In this document: piece after piece, positions 19,382-28,305 of the stretch | Layout of the letters: every line of letters starts with the position of its first letter | How positions within the stretch are numbered: the first letter of the stretch is position 1 | NCBI GenBank assembly: GCA_024742415.1 | Contig: JANSYN010000010.1 | Coordinates: forward strand, 39,251-103,250 | Direction of reading: 5' to 3' | Source: Gammaproteobacteria bacterium | GTDB taxonomy: Bacteria; Pseudomonadota; Gammaproteobacteria; Pseudomonadales; Halieaceae | Length of the DNA stretch: 64,000 nt | The notes under the pieces: generated by a model | Told to the model about the DNA's origin: nothing | Database searches by the model: none | What the model saw: only the letters and a program-made list of their open reading frames with translations | Made by a program: the position numbers and the translations under genes

Positions 19382-20097
19382 TGCATCGACTCCAGCGCTT
19401 CTATTTGCTGCCAGCACTGGTAGCGGTCCAGGCTGGCCACGGCCAGCGTGAAACAAATGGCAAAGGCCACGTAGGCCCAGAAGGAAACCCCGAGGTAGAC
19501 CGTGGCCATCGCGGCGATTTTCACCAGCGCTACGATCACGCCGATGATGAACACCTCAACCATGGCCCAGTTCTGGGCAAGAAAAATGCCCTTTGCGAGT
19601 GTGCGCAGCCACGGGTAGTAGCGCTGCTGTAGCAGCGGGATACAAAGGCCGACCATCATGACCAGTACGCCGGCAGGAATGAAAATAATAAAGGCACCGA
19701 CGATGAAGGCGGCCGATGGCATGCCGTACTCAAACAGCGTGCCGGGTGTTTGTCCCAGCGTCATCTGGTTCTCCAGACCGCCGGCAGAAAAAGACAGGAA
19801 GGAAAAACTGTTGGCGATCACCAGCAGTATCAGCGCGGCCACAGTGAACGCCAGCGTGCGACTCGAGGCGTCTGCACGATAGCGCGTGAGTGTGTGTCCG
19901 CAGCGCGGGCAGGCGGCGCTCTCGCCATCGTGCAGGCCCGCTACGTTGACCAGTAAATCGCAGCCCGGGCAGGCCAGGTCAGCGCCTGTTTCATCGACGC
20001 GTCTTGCCGCGCTGTCTTCAGGCGTGGTGCTGCCGGAAGCCTTGCGCGTCCTTGTGCTCGTAGCTGTGCTGATGCTTGTGCTCATGGCTGTGCTCAT
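19378..20097 (-). CDS. pqiA: PqiA-family membrane protein (N-terminal-half gene) with a Ser/Thr-rich leader
   Basis: CPGCD...[14 protein letters not shown] and [17 protein letters not shown]. Confidence 0.9.
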   Translation of the reverse strand: MSTAMSTSISTATSTRTRKASGSTTPEDSAARRVDETGADLACPGCDLLVNVAGLHDGESAACPRCGHTLTRYRADASSRTLAFTVAALILLVIANSFSFLSFSAGGLENQMTLGQTPGTLFEYGMPSAAFIVGAFIIFIPAGVLVMMVGLCIPLLQQRYYPWLRTLAKGIFLAQNWAMVEVFIIGVIVALVKIAAMATVYLGVSFWAYVAFAICFTLAVASLDRYQCWQQIEALESMQ

Positions 20098-20324
20098 GGC
20101 TGCGCTGGTAGTTGTGCGCCAGTTGTGCCTGTAGTTGCGCTCGTTGTTGTGCCTGTGGTTGTGCCTGTGGTTGTGCCTGTGGTTGTGCCTGTGGTTGTGC
20201 CCGTAGTTGTGCCTGTAGTTGTGCCTGTAGTTGTACCGGCAGTTGTGCCTGTAGTTTTGCTCGCAGTTGTGCCTGTATTTGTGCCCGTAGTTGTACCGGT
20301 AGTTGTACCCGCAGTTGTGCCCGC
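20050..20324 (-). repeat. 12-bp tandem array (consensus ACAGGCACAACY), about 23 units including one 11-bp unit
   Basis: Read directly: 17 units of 12 bp (20324-20121), an 11-bp unit GGCGCACAACT (20120-20110), then 5 degenerate 12-bp units running into the pqiA start. Confidence 0.9.
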
Positions 20325-20369
20325 AGGTGCGCCCATCATTGTGTTGGTCTTGCTGTTGGCTGTGCCCAT
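20094..20369 (-). CDS. Thr/Gly-rich repeat ORF (TGTT)n, possibly a detached N-terminus of PqiA
   Basis: ATG at 20369. Variation between units is largely at third codon positions, and its TGA overlaps the pqiA ATG (ATGA). Confidence 0.4.
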   Translation of the reverse strand: MGTANSKTNTMMGAPAGTTAGTTTGTTTGTNTGTTASKTTGTTAGTTTGTTTGTTTGTTTGTTTGTTTGTTTGTTTSATTGTTGAQLPAQP

Positions 20370-20654
20370 CGTCGCACTCAGCAATGCGCGGGTGCCGCTA
20401 CGTCCATGGGCTGGATGTGGGTACTCATTGCAGGGGTCGTGCAACGCGAGCCAAAAGCGGGGTCGTCACTCGACAGCAGCTTCGTAAGGCGCAGTATAGC
20501 GTTCGCCGCCGGGGCTGTGTAGCAAGGTGTGCGCAGACGATGCTGTGTTTTGCGTACTCTCGTGCTGCCCAGTACCCGTAGATGTCCAGAAAATCGCGTG
20601 CTGTGCCGGGTGCACCATCTATACCGTCACTGGCGATGGGGCTACACTGGCGGC

Positions 20655-23600
20655 ATGAAAGTAGTCAGTGTAAGCCGCCTCCACCGGTGGGTGTTGGGGT
20701 GGTGTGTTGTCCTTACGGTACTGGTGCTGTCGGCTGTTGATGCCTCTGCAGAGCCTGCTCCGGGGTACCGTTGTAGCTTTGTGGCAGGCCAGGCGTCGCC
20801 CGGTGTGCTGCGCTGTCGCCTCTTCACCCAGGAAGCAATGGCTGGCCAGGCAGACCTTCTGGCAACATTGCCCGAACAAAGCGTGCGCCTGGAACTGGAA
20901 CTGCTTGACGCACTCGACGGCGCTGCCATGCAACCGCTTCTGGATGCCATTGCAGCGCAGTACCGGGCCAGTCTGGAACTGAAATCCGGCATCCGGCTGG
21001 TTGCCAGTGGCTCTGCCGCCGCGGCTGCCGTGGCGGCGCCAGCCACCTTGCCCAATGCACTGTGGCGCGCGCTACTAACGGAAGTGGACGCCTTCAAGCT
21101 GACCGACCAGGCACTGCTTGCTCTGCGCGAACATGGTGCGACGGGTGCGCTGGATCACGTGCATTACCGTTTTTGGCAAAACCGGGATGGCGCGCCGGTC
21201 AGTGGCGGAGCCCCCAGTGTGGATAAGGGTTCTGCAGATGTTGTCACCGCGTTGCTCGAGGCCTGTGACCAGTATGCGGTTTCCTGCTCACTGGTGCGTG
21301 TGCCTGCTGCATTTTTGGCAGCGCAGTCCAGCGCTGCGGCTGCGGGCCCGCCGCCGCTGTTTGCACCGGGATCGGTGATGCCGGTGTTCACCCGGATGCA
21401 GGTCAATACCGGCGCGGGCCTGGTGCCCGTACTTGCCGGGCTGCAGTGGAAGCCCGAAGCGGTCGTTAATACCAATCGCCAACTGGTGTTGCCGCTGCGC
21501 TACCGCGGAAACACGCCGCCATTGCGAGAGGCCAGGAGTGTGCAGTTCGATATTACCCTGCGACGTGCGGCGCTGGCGGCGAAGTATCCTGCCGGCAAGC
21601 TGCGCTGGGAACTCTCCGATGGACAGGAGCGCGCCTTGCAAAGCGGCGAAGTGACGCCCGCTGCAGACGGCACGCTGAACATTCGCGGCCTGATGCTGAC
21701 ACCGCAGAAACCCTACCGGCGTTTGACCCTGCTGCCACCGCCGCCGCAGTGGCAGGTGGTGTACACACGCCAGCCACGGGCCCGCAAGCCAGTGCCCGGT
21801 ACGCCGATCGCCGAGGCGGCGAACTGGCAGCATGCAACGGACGTGGGGCGTATCAACGGTGGCATTGCCGAGGCAGATGTGGTGATCGACGATCTGCAGG
21901 GCAATACAAAGGTGATCCATGACTGCACCACGTCCAGGGCGATTTGTGTAGCACACGAGGCGCGGGTGAGCCCGGACGGCACGAAAATCGCCTACTCCGT
22001 GGGCTATGGCAACGAGCTGGTGCCTGTGCGTGTTGAGGGCGTAGACCTGGGCATCAGGCACATTCCGGGCCTCACCCACGCGGATATCTGGATTTACGAT
22101 TTGCAGACGGGCAAGAAATGGCCGGTGCCCAATCACCCGGATCGAGCGATTGACCGGCAGCCGGAATGGCTGAACAACGAAAAAATCGTTTTTGCGAGCA
22201 ATCGCGCCGGCGTCTACCCGTTCAAGAATCCCACCAGCATGCACCAGGGAAAAGACCAGTTTGGTCGCGGTCGCTGTTTTAACCCGCCGTACTGTGTTTC
22301 ACAGGAATACGGTTACGCCCCCGGCGGTATGGCGATGCAGATCTGGACAATGAACATCGACGGCACGGACGCGCGCAATATCAGCCCGCATGAACAGAAT
22401 GCGCTGGCCCCGGCCGTGATGAGCAACGGCGATATTCTCTATTCCTGCTGGAACGCGCATGAGAACAAGAGCTTTGATACCAAGACAGCGCACTCCAACA
22501 AACCGGCGACGGCAAAGAACAAGTGGTGGTTGTGCCGCACCGATGGCAATGGCGCCGACGCCACCGTGATACTCAATGGTCACAAAACAATGACGCTCAA
22601 GACCAAGGCGTGGCTGCCCGGCAGCGTGAGCGGCGGTGAGAACCGTACGGCGTTGCGTGCGATTCGTTCGGTTGCAGAGATTCACAAGGACCGGCTCGCC
22701 GTGACCAATTACTACCGTTCCAATCATGTCGGCAGCATGGGAATTATCTTCGCGCTGGACTACCTGGACCCACACGTAGAGGGCTGCTCCACAGCCAGTT
22801 GCTATCCCGAGGCCGAACGACGCAGCGGCCGGCGCGGCAGTGGGCATTTTGTGCCCAGCACGCTCACCGCCCTGACGCCCTACGGCATGGACCAGGACAT
22901 GGCCGTACGGCGTGACGCCAAAGGGCGTGCGCTGGGTAAGGCGGGTTATCCGGCGCCGCTACCCAACACCGATTCGCAGTACCTGATCACCCATGCGCGC
23001 GGTTCGTGTTATGAGGTGACGCGTTTTAGCGAGGCCAATCGCCACGCCATGGGTGGGGAGCCGACCTGCCAGAAGGCGCTGTACAAGGTGAAGGTCGATC
23101 GCGTGACCAATCCCTTTGACCAGCGCCAGATGGAGTTGCTTGCCGGTGGTGAACAGTGGCAAGTCTGGGATGGACGGGCGATTGCACCCTACCGCGATTT
23201 TTTCGGGCAGGAATTGCCTGACCAGCCCGAACCGCTGGATGAAAACGCCGCCTGTTACCTGCAGGTGGTGGATGCGCGCAAGGCAGAACTGGAGCCGGCC
23301 AACCCCTATGACTGGCTCAATACGCTCTATCAACAATGTGCTTTCCAGGGCTGCGCAGTGAACACCGAGGATCCGAACTTCCACGCGCGGAATATGCACG
23401 CACTGACCGTATTTCTTCCGCAGATGTGGGATTTTACCTACAGCGGCAACAAGCAGAAGGCCTATGCCAGCATTTTGAATAACACCGGACACAAATCGAT
23501 GGCAACGCTGGGCTCGCAACCCTTGCTCGCAGACGGTTCCGTAAAAATGCGCGTGCCCTGCGAAACGCCGTTGATCATGGTCGGTACAGACAGGAACGGC

Positions 23601-24395
23601 ATGATGATCGCGCATGATGTCATGCTGCACTCACTGCGCGCGGGGGAATCGCGCACCTGCCACGGCTGTCACGATGGTCATTCCGAAGAACGCGCCGCGC
23701 AGATCAGGGGGAGCGCGGTCGAGCGCTTTGCCGCAACCGCGGCCTTCAACACCTTCCCACCCATGCCCGCCAGCACGCCACCGGTCACCTTTGCCGATGT
23801 GCAGCCCATTCTCGAGCGCCGCTGCAGTGGTTGTCACAAAGACATGACCAATCATGACGGTCTGCTGTATTCGCGTGTGGCGCAGGATTACGAACAGCAT
23901 GACTGGCCCTGGGCGAGGAAACAGCCCGGCGTAGGCAATCGCACGCATGTGGAGCACGTATTGATCAAGCGCCCGGGTAAGGGTTATGCAGTCGGTGACA
24001 AACTGCAGTTTCCCCCCGGCGGCGCAGCAGGCCAGGTAGCGGCCGTGAACCGCGATGGCGGTATCGCAAAGATCCGCCTGTCAGCGGGGGGCGTGGGCTA
24101 TGAACCGTTTACGCGACTGGGTGTGGCTTCGGCGGGTGGACAGGGCGCTGACCTTGTCGCAATGACAGATCGCTTTGACCTGCCGCGGCCTTACAGCAGC
24201 AAGTGGGTGGCCCGCTTCGCGCGGGATTCCCTGCTGTACTGGAAGTGCGTAGGCTCACGCCAGGATGGCCGCACCGACAAGCAGTACGCCAATGACATAG
24301 ACTTCGGGCCCGCGCATGAATCCGGAGCCACCGCCCAGGAATGCCAGACGATTGGGCGCTGGATCGATACCGGCATTCAGCACAATCTGCAGTAA
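20655..24395 (+). CDS. Large exported HzsA-related di-heme c protein (beta-propeller + HZS-alpha-like middle domain + cytochrome c)
   Basis: Signal peptide ending ASA-E; TolB/PD40-like repeats (VSPDGTKIAYS, PEWLNNEKIVFASNR, IWTMNIDGTDARNIS); LADGSVKMRVPCETP...GTDRNG...AGESRTCHGCH; second CxxCH in VTFADVQPILERRCSGCH. Confidence 0.75.
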   Translation: MKVVSVSRLHRWVLGWCVVLTVLVLSAVDASAEPAPGYRCSFVAGQASPGVLRCRLFTQEAMAGQADLLATLPEQSVRLELELLDALDGAAMQPLLDAIAAQYRASLELKSGIRLVASGSAAAAAVAAPATLPNALWRALLTEVDAFKLTDQALLALREHGATGALDHVHYRFWQNRDGAPVSGGAPSVDKGSADVVTALLEACDQYAVSCSLVRVPAAFLAAQSSAAAAGPPPLFAPGSVMPVFTRMQVNTGAGLVPVLAGLQWKPEAVVNTNRQLVLPLRYRGNTPPLREARSVQFDITLRRAALAAKYPAGKLRWELSDGQERALQSGEVTPAADGTLNIRGLMLTPQKPYRRLTLLPPPPQWQVVYTRQPRARKPVPGTPIAEAANWQHATDVGRINGGIAEADVVIDDLQGNTKVIHDCTTSRAICVAHEARVSPDGTKIAYSVGYGNELVPVRVEGVDLGIRHIPGLTHADIWIYDLQTGKKWPVPNHPDRAIDRQPEWLNNEKIVFASNRAGVYPFKNPTSMHQGKDQFGRGRCFNPPYCVSQEYGYAPGGMAMQIWTMNIDGTDARNISPHEQNALAPAVMSNGDILYSCWNAHENKSFDTKTAHSNKPATAKNKWWLCRTDGNGADATVILNGHKTMTLKTKAWLPGSVSGGENRTALRAIRSVAEIHKDRLAVTNYYRSNHVGSMGIIFALDYLDPHVEGCSTASCYPEAERRSGRRGSGHFVPSTLTALTPYGMDQDMAVRRDAKGRALGKAGYPAPLPNTDSQYLITHARGSCYEVTRFSEANRHAMGGEPTCQKALYKVKVDRVTNPFDQRQMELLAGGEQWQVWDGRAIAPYRDFFGQELPDQPEPLDENAACYLQVVDARKAELEPANPYDWLNTLYQQCAFQGCAVNTEDPNFHARNMHALTVFLPQMWDFTYSGNKQKAYASILNNTGHKSMATLGSQPLLADGSVKMRVPCETPLIMVGTDRNGMMIAHDVMLHSLRAGESRTCHGCHDGHSEERAAQIRGSAVERFAATAAFNTFPPMPASTPPVTFADVQPILERRCSGCHKDMTNHDGLLYSRVAQDYEQHDWPWARKQPGVGNRTHVEHVLIKRPGKGYAVGDKLQFPPGGAAGQVAAVNRDGGIAKIRLSAGGVGYEPFTRLGVASAGGQGADLVAMTDRFDLPRPYSSKWVARFARDSLLYWKCVGSRQDGRTDKQYANDIDFGPAHESGATAQECQTIGRWIDTGIQHNLQ

Positions 24396-24461
24396 CCGCG
24401 TCTGCGCGGTGCTGCGCCGCTGTGCCTGTGTTATCCCCAACGGCGCGGTGCTGCGGTCGCG

Positions 24462-25295
24462 TCAGTCACTGTGCGCCGAGATAAAATCGGCAACGCGTGC
24501 ACTGGTTTGCGCAAACGCCGGGTTGCCGTCTTCTCGTGGATTAAAAAAACCGTGACCGAGCCCGGCATACAGTCCGACCTGGCACTGGCCGCCCTCTGCC
24601 TGCACCGCTGCGCAGAACGCGTTCACCATGGCCGGCGTCACCTCGCTGTCCAGCTCGCCCGAAAGAATCAGGGTAGGCGGAAACCGCGCATCGACGTTGT
24701 GCAGTGGAGACACCTCGTGCCACTGTTTTGCGGTGAGGTGGTGGGAAGGTGTGCAGGGTGAAAGATCGACCACCGGGTTATACAGGGCGAGCGCGGCAGG
24801 GCGCCTGCGAGACTTGCCGTGCATGCCAGCGCCCAGCGCTGCGGCCAGGTGGCCACCGGCCGAGCCGCCGCCCGCGAATATGCGGTGACTATCAATGCCC
24901 AGGTCGGCGGCATGTTCGTGCAGGTAGTCCAGGGCCGCGCCCGCATCGCTGATCGCGCCGCGAATATCCGGCGCATGCAGTGGCCCCAGTCGATACTCGG
25001 CCGAGATGCAGGTAATGCCGCGTTGTGCAAAAAATTCGCACTGCGGAAAAAACTGCTGCGCCTGGCCATAGCGCCAGCCGCCGCCATGGAACAGCAACAA
25101 CGCCGGTACAGGCGCGGCGCTATCGCTGGCATAGAAAATGTGCAGCTTGAGCGCGCGCTCACCCGCGTTGCCATAGTGGATGGTGTGATGCGCACGGGGT
25201 TCAAAAAGATCCAGTTTTTTCAGCGCCAGCAGCACGATCAGCGGCAGCAGCACCAGCAGCGCGCCGCTGACAAAATACAGAACTTCTCTGGGCAT
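24462..25295 (-). CDS. Alpha/beta hydrolase, HSL/GDXG esterase family, with an N-terminal TM anchor
   Basis: FHGGGW, GGSAGGHLA, GELD (Asp) and GLGHGF (His). Confidence 0.88.
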   Translation of the reverse strand: MPREVLYFVSGALLVLLPLIVLLALKKLDLFEPRAHHTIHYGNAGERALKLHIFYASDSAAPVPALLLFHGGGWRYGQAQQFFPQCEFFAQRGITCISAEYRLGPLHAPDIRGAISDAGAALDYLHEHAADLGIDSHRIFAGGGSAGGHLAAALGAGMHGKSRRRPAALALYNPVVDLSPCTPSHHLTAKQWHEVSPLHNVDARFPPTLILSGELDSEVTPAMVNAFCAAVQAEGGQCQVGLYAGLGHGFFNPREDGNPAFAQTSARVADFISAHSD

Positions 25296-25614
25296 GGCGT
25301 GACGACCGTGTGAGTGGCTGGTGTGGGCAATGTAGTCGCTTTGCCGTGTATGCGTCCAGTAGGCAGGCGCTGTTGCCGGGCGCGTGTCGGACCACGGCAC
25401 ATCGCCGCGCCGTCTTGCGGGTCGCGCGGCGTGCGTGGGCGCACATGCGCCGCGCCGCACAGTGACGTGCGAATACACTCGCAGCCCTTGCGCTGGCTTG
25501 CTAATCTGCTGGCTGACGAGGCGGCTGCAAAGCAGCGGCCGGTGGCGCGCAAGGTTTGGGGCACGCGCTCGCCACTGCGCCGCGCGTGTTGCGCCTGCAG
25601 GTATAAGGGATGCA

Positions 25615-26238
25615 ATGACAGTGAACATGGCAAAAGAACTGGCGGCCCACCGTGTAGTGCCGGTGATAACGCCCGTGGATATCCCCTCAACGGTAGCGCT
25701 GGCCGACGCGCTGGCGGCCGGGGGCATGGGTTGTGTTGAAATCACACTGCGCGCCGACTGCGCGCTGGATGCTATTCGCGCGGTGAAAACGTCTGTTGCC
25801 GGCTTGCGGGTGGCGGCAGGCACAATCACCCAGCCCGCCGCCATGGAGGCGGCACTCGACGCGGGGGCTGATTTCCTGGTCAGCCCGGGTATCAGTGTGG
25901 GCCTGTTGCAGCAGGCGGCGTCGATGGACGCCCCCTTCCTGCCGGGCGTGGCGACCGCGTCAGAGGTGATGTTGGGCCTCGATCACGGTATGGCATGCTT
26001 CAAACTGTTCCCTGCCCATGCCCTGGGGGGGTTGGCGTTGCTGAAGAGCCTGGGCGGTCCGTTTCCGCAGGTGCGTTTTTGCCCCACGGGCGGGCTCAGT
26101 GCGGGCAATTTTCGCCAGTACCTGGCGCAGCCCAATGTAGTGTGTTGCGGTGGTTCGTGGATGGTAACGCCGGAGCTGGTGGCGGCCCGGCGCTGGGATG
26201 AGGTTCGCGCGCTGGCCGCCGCGGCCCTGGCCGCATGA
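25615..26238 (+). CDS. eda: KDPG/KHG aldolase
   Basis: VVPVI, VEITLR, AGT, FLVSPG, PGVATASE, FKLFPA (Schiff-base Lys), FCPTGG and CCGGSW. Confidence 0.93.
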   Translation: MTVNMAKELAAHRVVPVITPVDIPSTVALADALAAGGMGCVEITLRADCALDAIRAVKTSVAGLRVAAGTITQPAAMEAALDAGADFLVSPGISVGLLQQAASMDAPFLPGVATASEVMLGLDHGMACFKLFPAHALGGLALLKSLGGPFPQVRFCPTGGLSAGNFRQYLAQPNVVCCGGSWMVTPELVAARRWDEVRALAAAALAA

Positions 26239-26269
26239 GTCCGCCGGGAATGGCAGGGCGCAGTCGACC

Positions 26270-27217
26270 ATGAAAAAGGGCAGGGCAAGCCGGACCGCCG
26301 AGGGTGCCGCCGCCGCCCGCGCGTTGCATCGTTTTGGTGTGCCCGACCCCCTGTTTGACGATCCCTATGCGCTGCGCTTTACCTCGCCGGCCTGGCGCAT
26401 GCTAATGTCTGTTCCGGGGCTGGGTACCTGGGTGAACCGCAGCCTGATGCGGCCCCTGCGTCCGGTGCAGGCGCAGGTGCTGGTGCGCAGCCGCTATGCC
26501 GAGGATCAGTTAGCCGCTGCACTGGCGCAGGTAGGCGCCGCGCAGAATGGCCGCGGTCACGATGGTCGTGGCGCGCAGCAGGATGCCTACCCCGCAGGCC
26601 GCAGTGCCATCGGGCAGTATGTCATTGTCGGCGCAGGCTTCGATTCATTTGCGTTGCGCCGCACCGAGTGGGCCAAAACCTTGCGCATTTATGAGCTGGA
26701 CCATCCCGATACGCAGCTTGCCAAGCGTCAGCGCCTGCATAAAGTGAGCCGCGAGCTCCCCAAAAACCTTGAGTTTGTGCCGGTGGATTTTGAGCGTGAA
26801 ACGGTGGCTGCGGCACTGCAACGTTCCAGTTTTGATAGCGCCAGCCCCGCTTTTTTTTCATGGCTGGGCACCACGCCTTACCTGTCCAATGCAGCAACGC
26901 TGGCCACGCTGCAGGCGATCGCCGAGATCGCCGCGACCGGCTCGCAGTTGGTCTTTGACTACATGATCCCGCAGGCGCTGCTGCACGGTGAGCAGTTGGA
27001 AATGATGCAAACCCTAAAGGGCTACACCGAACGCCGCAATGAGCCGCTGTGCGGTGATATTGATCCGCCGCGCCTGCGCGCGGCGGTACAGGCAATGGGT
27101 TTTGAATGGCTGGAGGAACTCGACGGTCATCAGCAGTACGAGCGCTACTTTGCGGCGCGCCAGGATGACCTGGTGCCCATGCATGCCACGCACCTGGTGC
27201 ACCTGCGCCGTTGTTGA
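26270..27217 (+). CDS. SAM-dependent methyltransferase (leucine carboxyl methyltransferase/TIGR00027-like)
   Basis: SRTAEG, DDPYA, RSRYAED, YVIVGAGFDS, YELDHP, VPVDF and WLG motifs. Confidence 0.85.
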   Translation: MKKGRASRTAEGAAAARALHRFGVPDPLFDDPYALRFTSPAWRMLMSVPGLGTWVNRSLMRPLRPVQAQVLVRSRYAEDQLAAALAQVGAAQNGRGHDGRGAQQDAYPAGRSAIGQYVIVGAGFDSFALRRTEWAKTLRIYELDHPDTQLAKRQRLHKVSRELPKNLEFVPVDFERETVAAALQRSSFDSASPAFFSWLGTTPYLSNAATLATLQAIAEIAATGSQLVFDYMIPQALLHGEQLEMMQTLKGYTERRNEPLCGDIDPPRLRAAVQAMGFEWLEELDGHQQYERYFAARQDDLVPMHATHLVHLRRC

Positions 27218-27301
27218 CTCGTCGGCAGTCGCACGCGGCAGTGCCTGCGCTCGCTCAGTGCATCATGCCTGCGGCGGTCGCAAGGGCATCGGGCTGATCA
27301 G

Positions 27302-28171
27302 TCAGTGTGATGCGTTGTCGGGGTGCCACTGTCGCGGATCCAATTGGTAGTAGTGCAGTAGTTGCTCAAACAGTTCGGGCCGTTTGGCCTGCAATTCCAG
27401 TGGCTTTTCGAAAAATGTTTCAGTGGCGACCGCGAAAAACTCCGCTTCGTTGCTCGCTCCGTAGGTGTCCATCACGGTGGGTTTGCCCTGTTGCGCACGC
27501 TCGCGCAGGTCGTTGAAATTTTCGCTAAAGACCGTTGCCCAGGTTTGGTAGCTAGTGTGGGAGCTGCCCCGGTGATCATTGCGCCGCAGTGCTGGCGCAC
27601 CATTGGTGGCGCCGGAGGCAGAGTCCAGCTGGTGCGCGAATTCGTGCAGCACAACGTTGTGGCCGTCGGTGAAATCGCTGGCCCCCCGTGCAACATCATC
27701 CCAGGAAAGAATCACGCGGCCGCTATCCCAGGATTCACCCAGGAGCGCGTGGGCCTCGTCGGCAACGGTGCCGTCTTCCTGGAACGACTCGCGGGCGACC
27801 AGAAACGCCGCCGGGTAGACCAGGATAGCCTGCAGCCCGGGGTACAGCGGCCCCTGGCGACCCAGGCACAGCAGGCAGGCCTGCGCAGCGATGCACACCC
27901 GCATCTCGTCGGTCACCAGCAGCCCGGCGCAGCCGTAGAAGGTTTTGTCATCCAGGAACAGGTGGATCATCTGGTGCAGGTGATTGCGTTGTTGTGCAGA
28001 CAGCCGGGTATACACCGGCAGGCGCTGTTCCAGGTATGTGACCCACAAGGCAGGCAGGGGTGTGTTGATCAGGCGGGCATGTCGCCAGCGCCGCCAGTAG
28101 TAGTGCAGCGCAAAGGCGACCAGCGCCAGGGCAATGGGCAGCAAGGGTAGCAGGTTGTTGAGTGATTCCAC
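27302..28171 (-). CDS. Zinc metallopeptidase, MtfA/M90 family
   Basis: HEFAH zinc motif, IAAQACLL, GESW, and YGASNEAEFFAVATETFFE; N-terminal TM helix. Confidence 0.88.
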   Translation of the reverse strand: MESLNNLLPLLPIALALVAFALHYYWRRWRHARLINTPLPALWVTYLEQRLPVYTRLSAQQRNHLHQMIHLFLDDKTFYGCAGLLVTDEMRVCIAAQACLLCLGRQGPLYPGLQAILVYPAAFLVARESFQEDGTVADEAHALLGESWDSGRVILSWDDVARGASDFTDGHNVVLHEFAHQLDSASGATNGAPALRRNDHRGSSHTSYQTWATVFSENFNDLRERAQQGKPTVMDTYGASNEAEFFAVATETFFEKPLELQAKRPELFEQLLHYYQLDPRQWHPDNASH

Positions 28172-28305
28172 GTGGCCGCTCGCAACGGTAAAGTGCAGGA
28201 GAGTGTAGCACTTGCCCTGTCGGCAGTACTGGCATTGTCCGCGGCGCAGGCGTTAGCATGGCCTGCGAACATACAGTGTCACTGCCTGGAAAAGGAATCG
28301 GTGTA

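Noticed and set aside
18755-20097. pqiA in two ORFs as a frameshifted pseudogene
   Set aside because: Each half has its own CxxC...CPRCG motif and start, joined by an ATGA overlap. Two-gene pqiA is a common natural arrangement.
20125-20522. Plus-strand (VVPV)n and (CA)n ORFs, and the His-rich HRHN frame over the 12-bp array
   Set aside because: These are alternative readings of the tandem repeat. The HRHN frame is open into pqiA but has no ATG/GTG/TTG after the upstream TAG.
20655-24395. Calling this anammox hydrazine synthase
   Set aside because: No hzsB/hzsC or other anammox genes are present and the context is an aerobic heterotroph. Only domain-level resemblance is supported.
24395-24410. 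ACCGCG-TCTG-CGCGGT hairpin after the HzsA-like gene as an intrinsic terminator
   Set aside because: It has only a 6-bp stem and no U-tract on either strand, which is expected by chance at this GC content.
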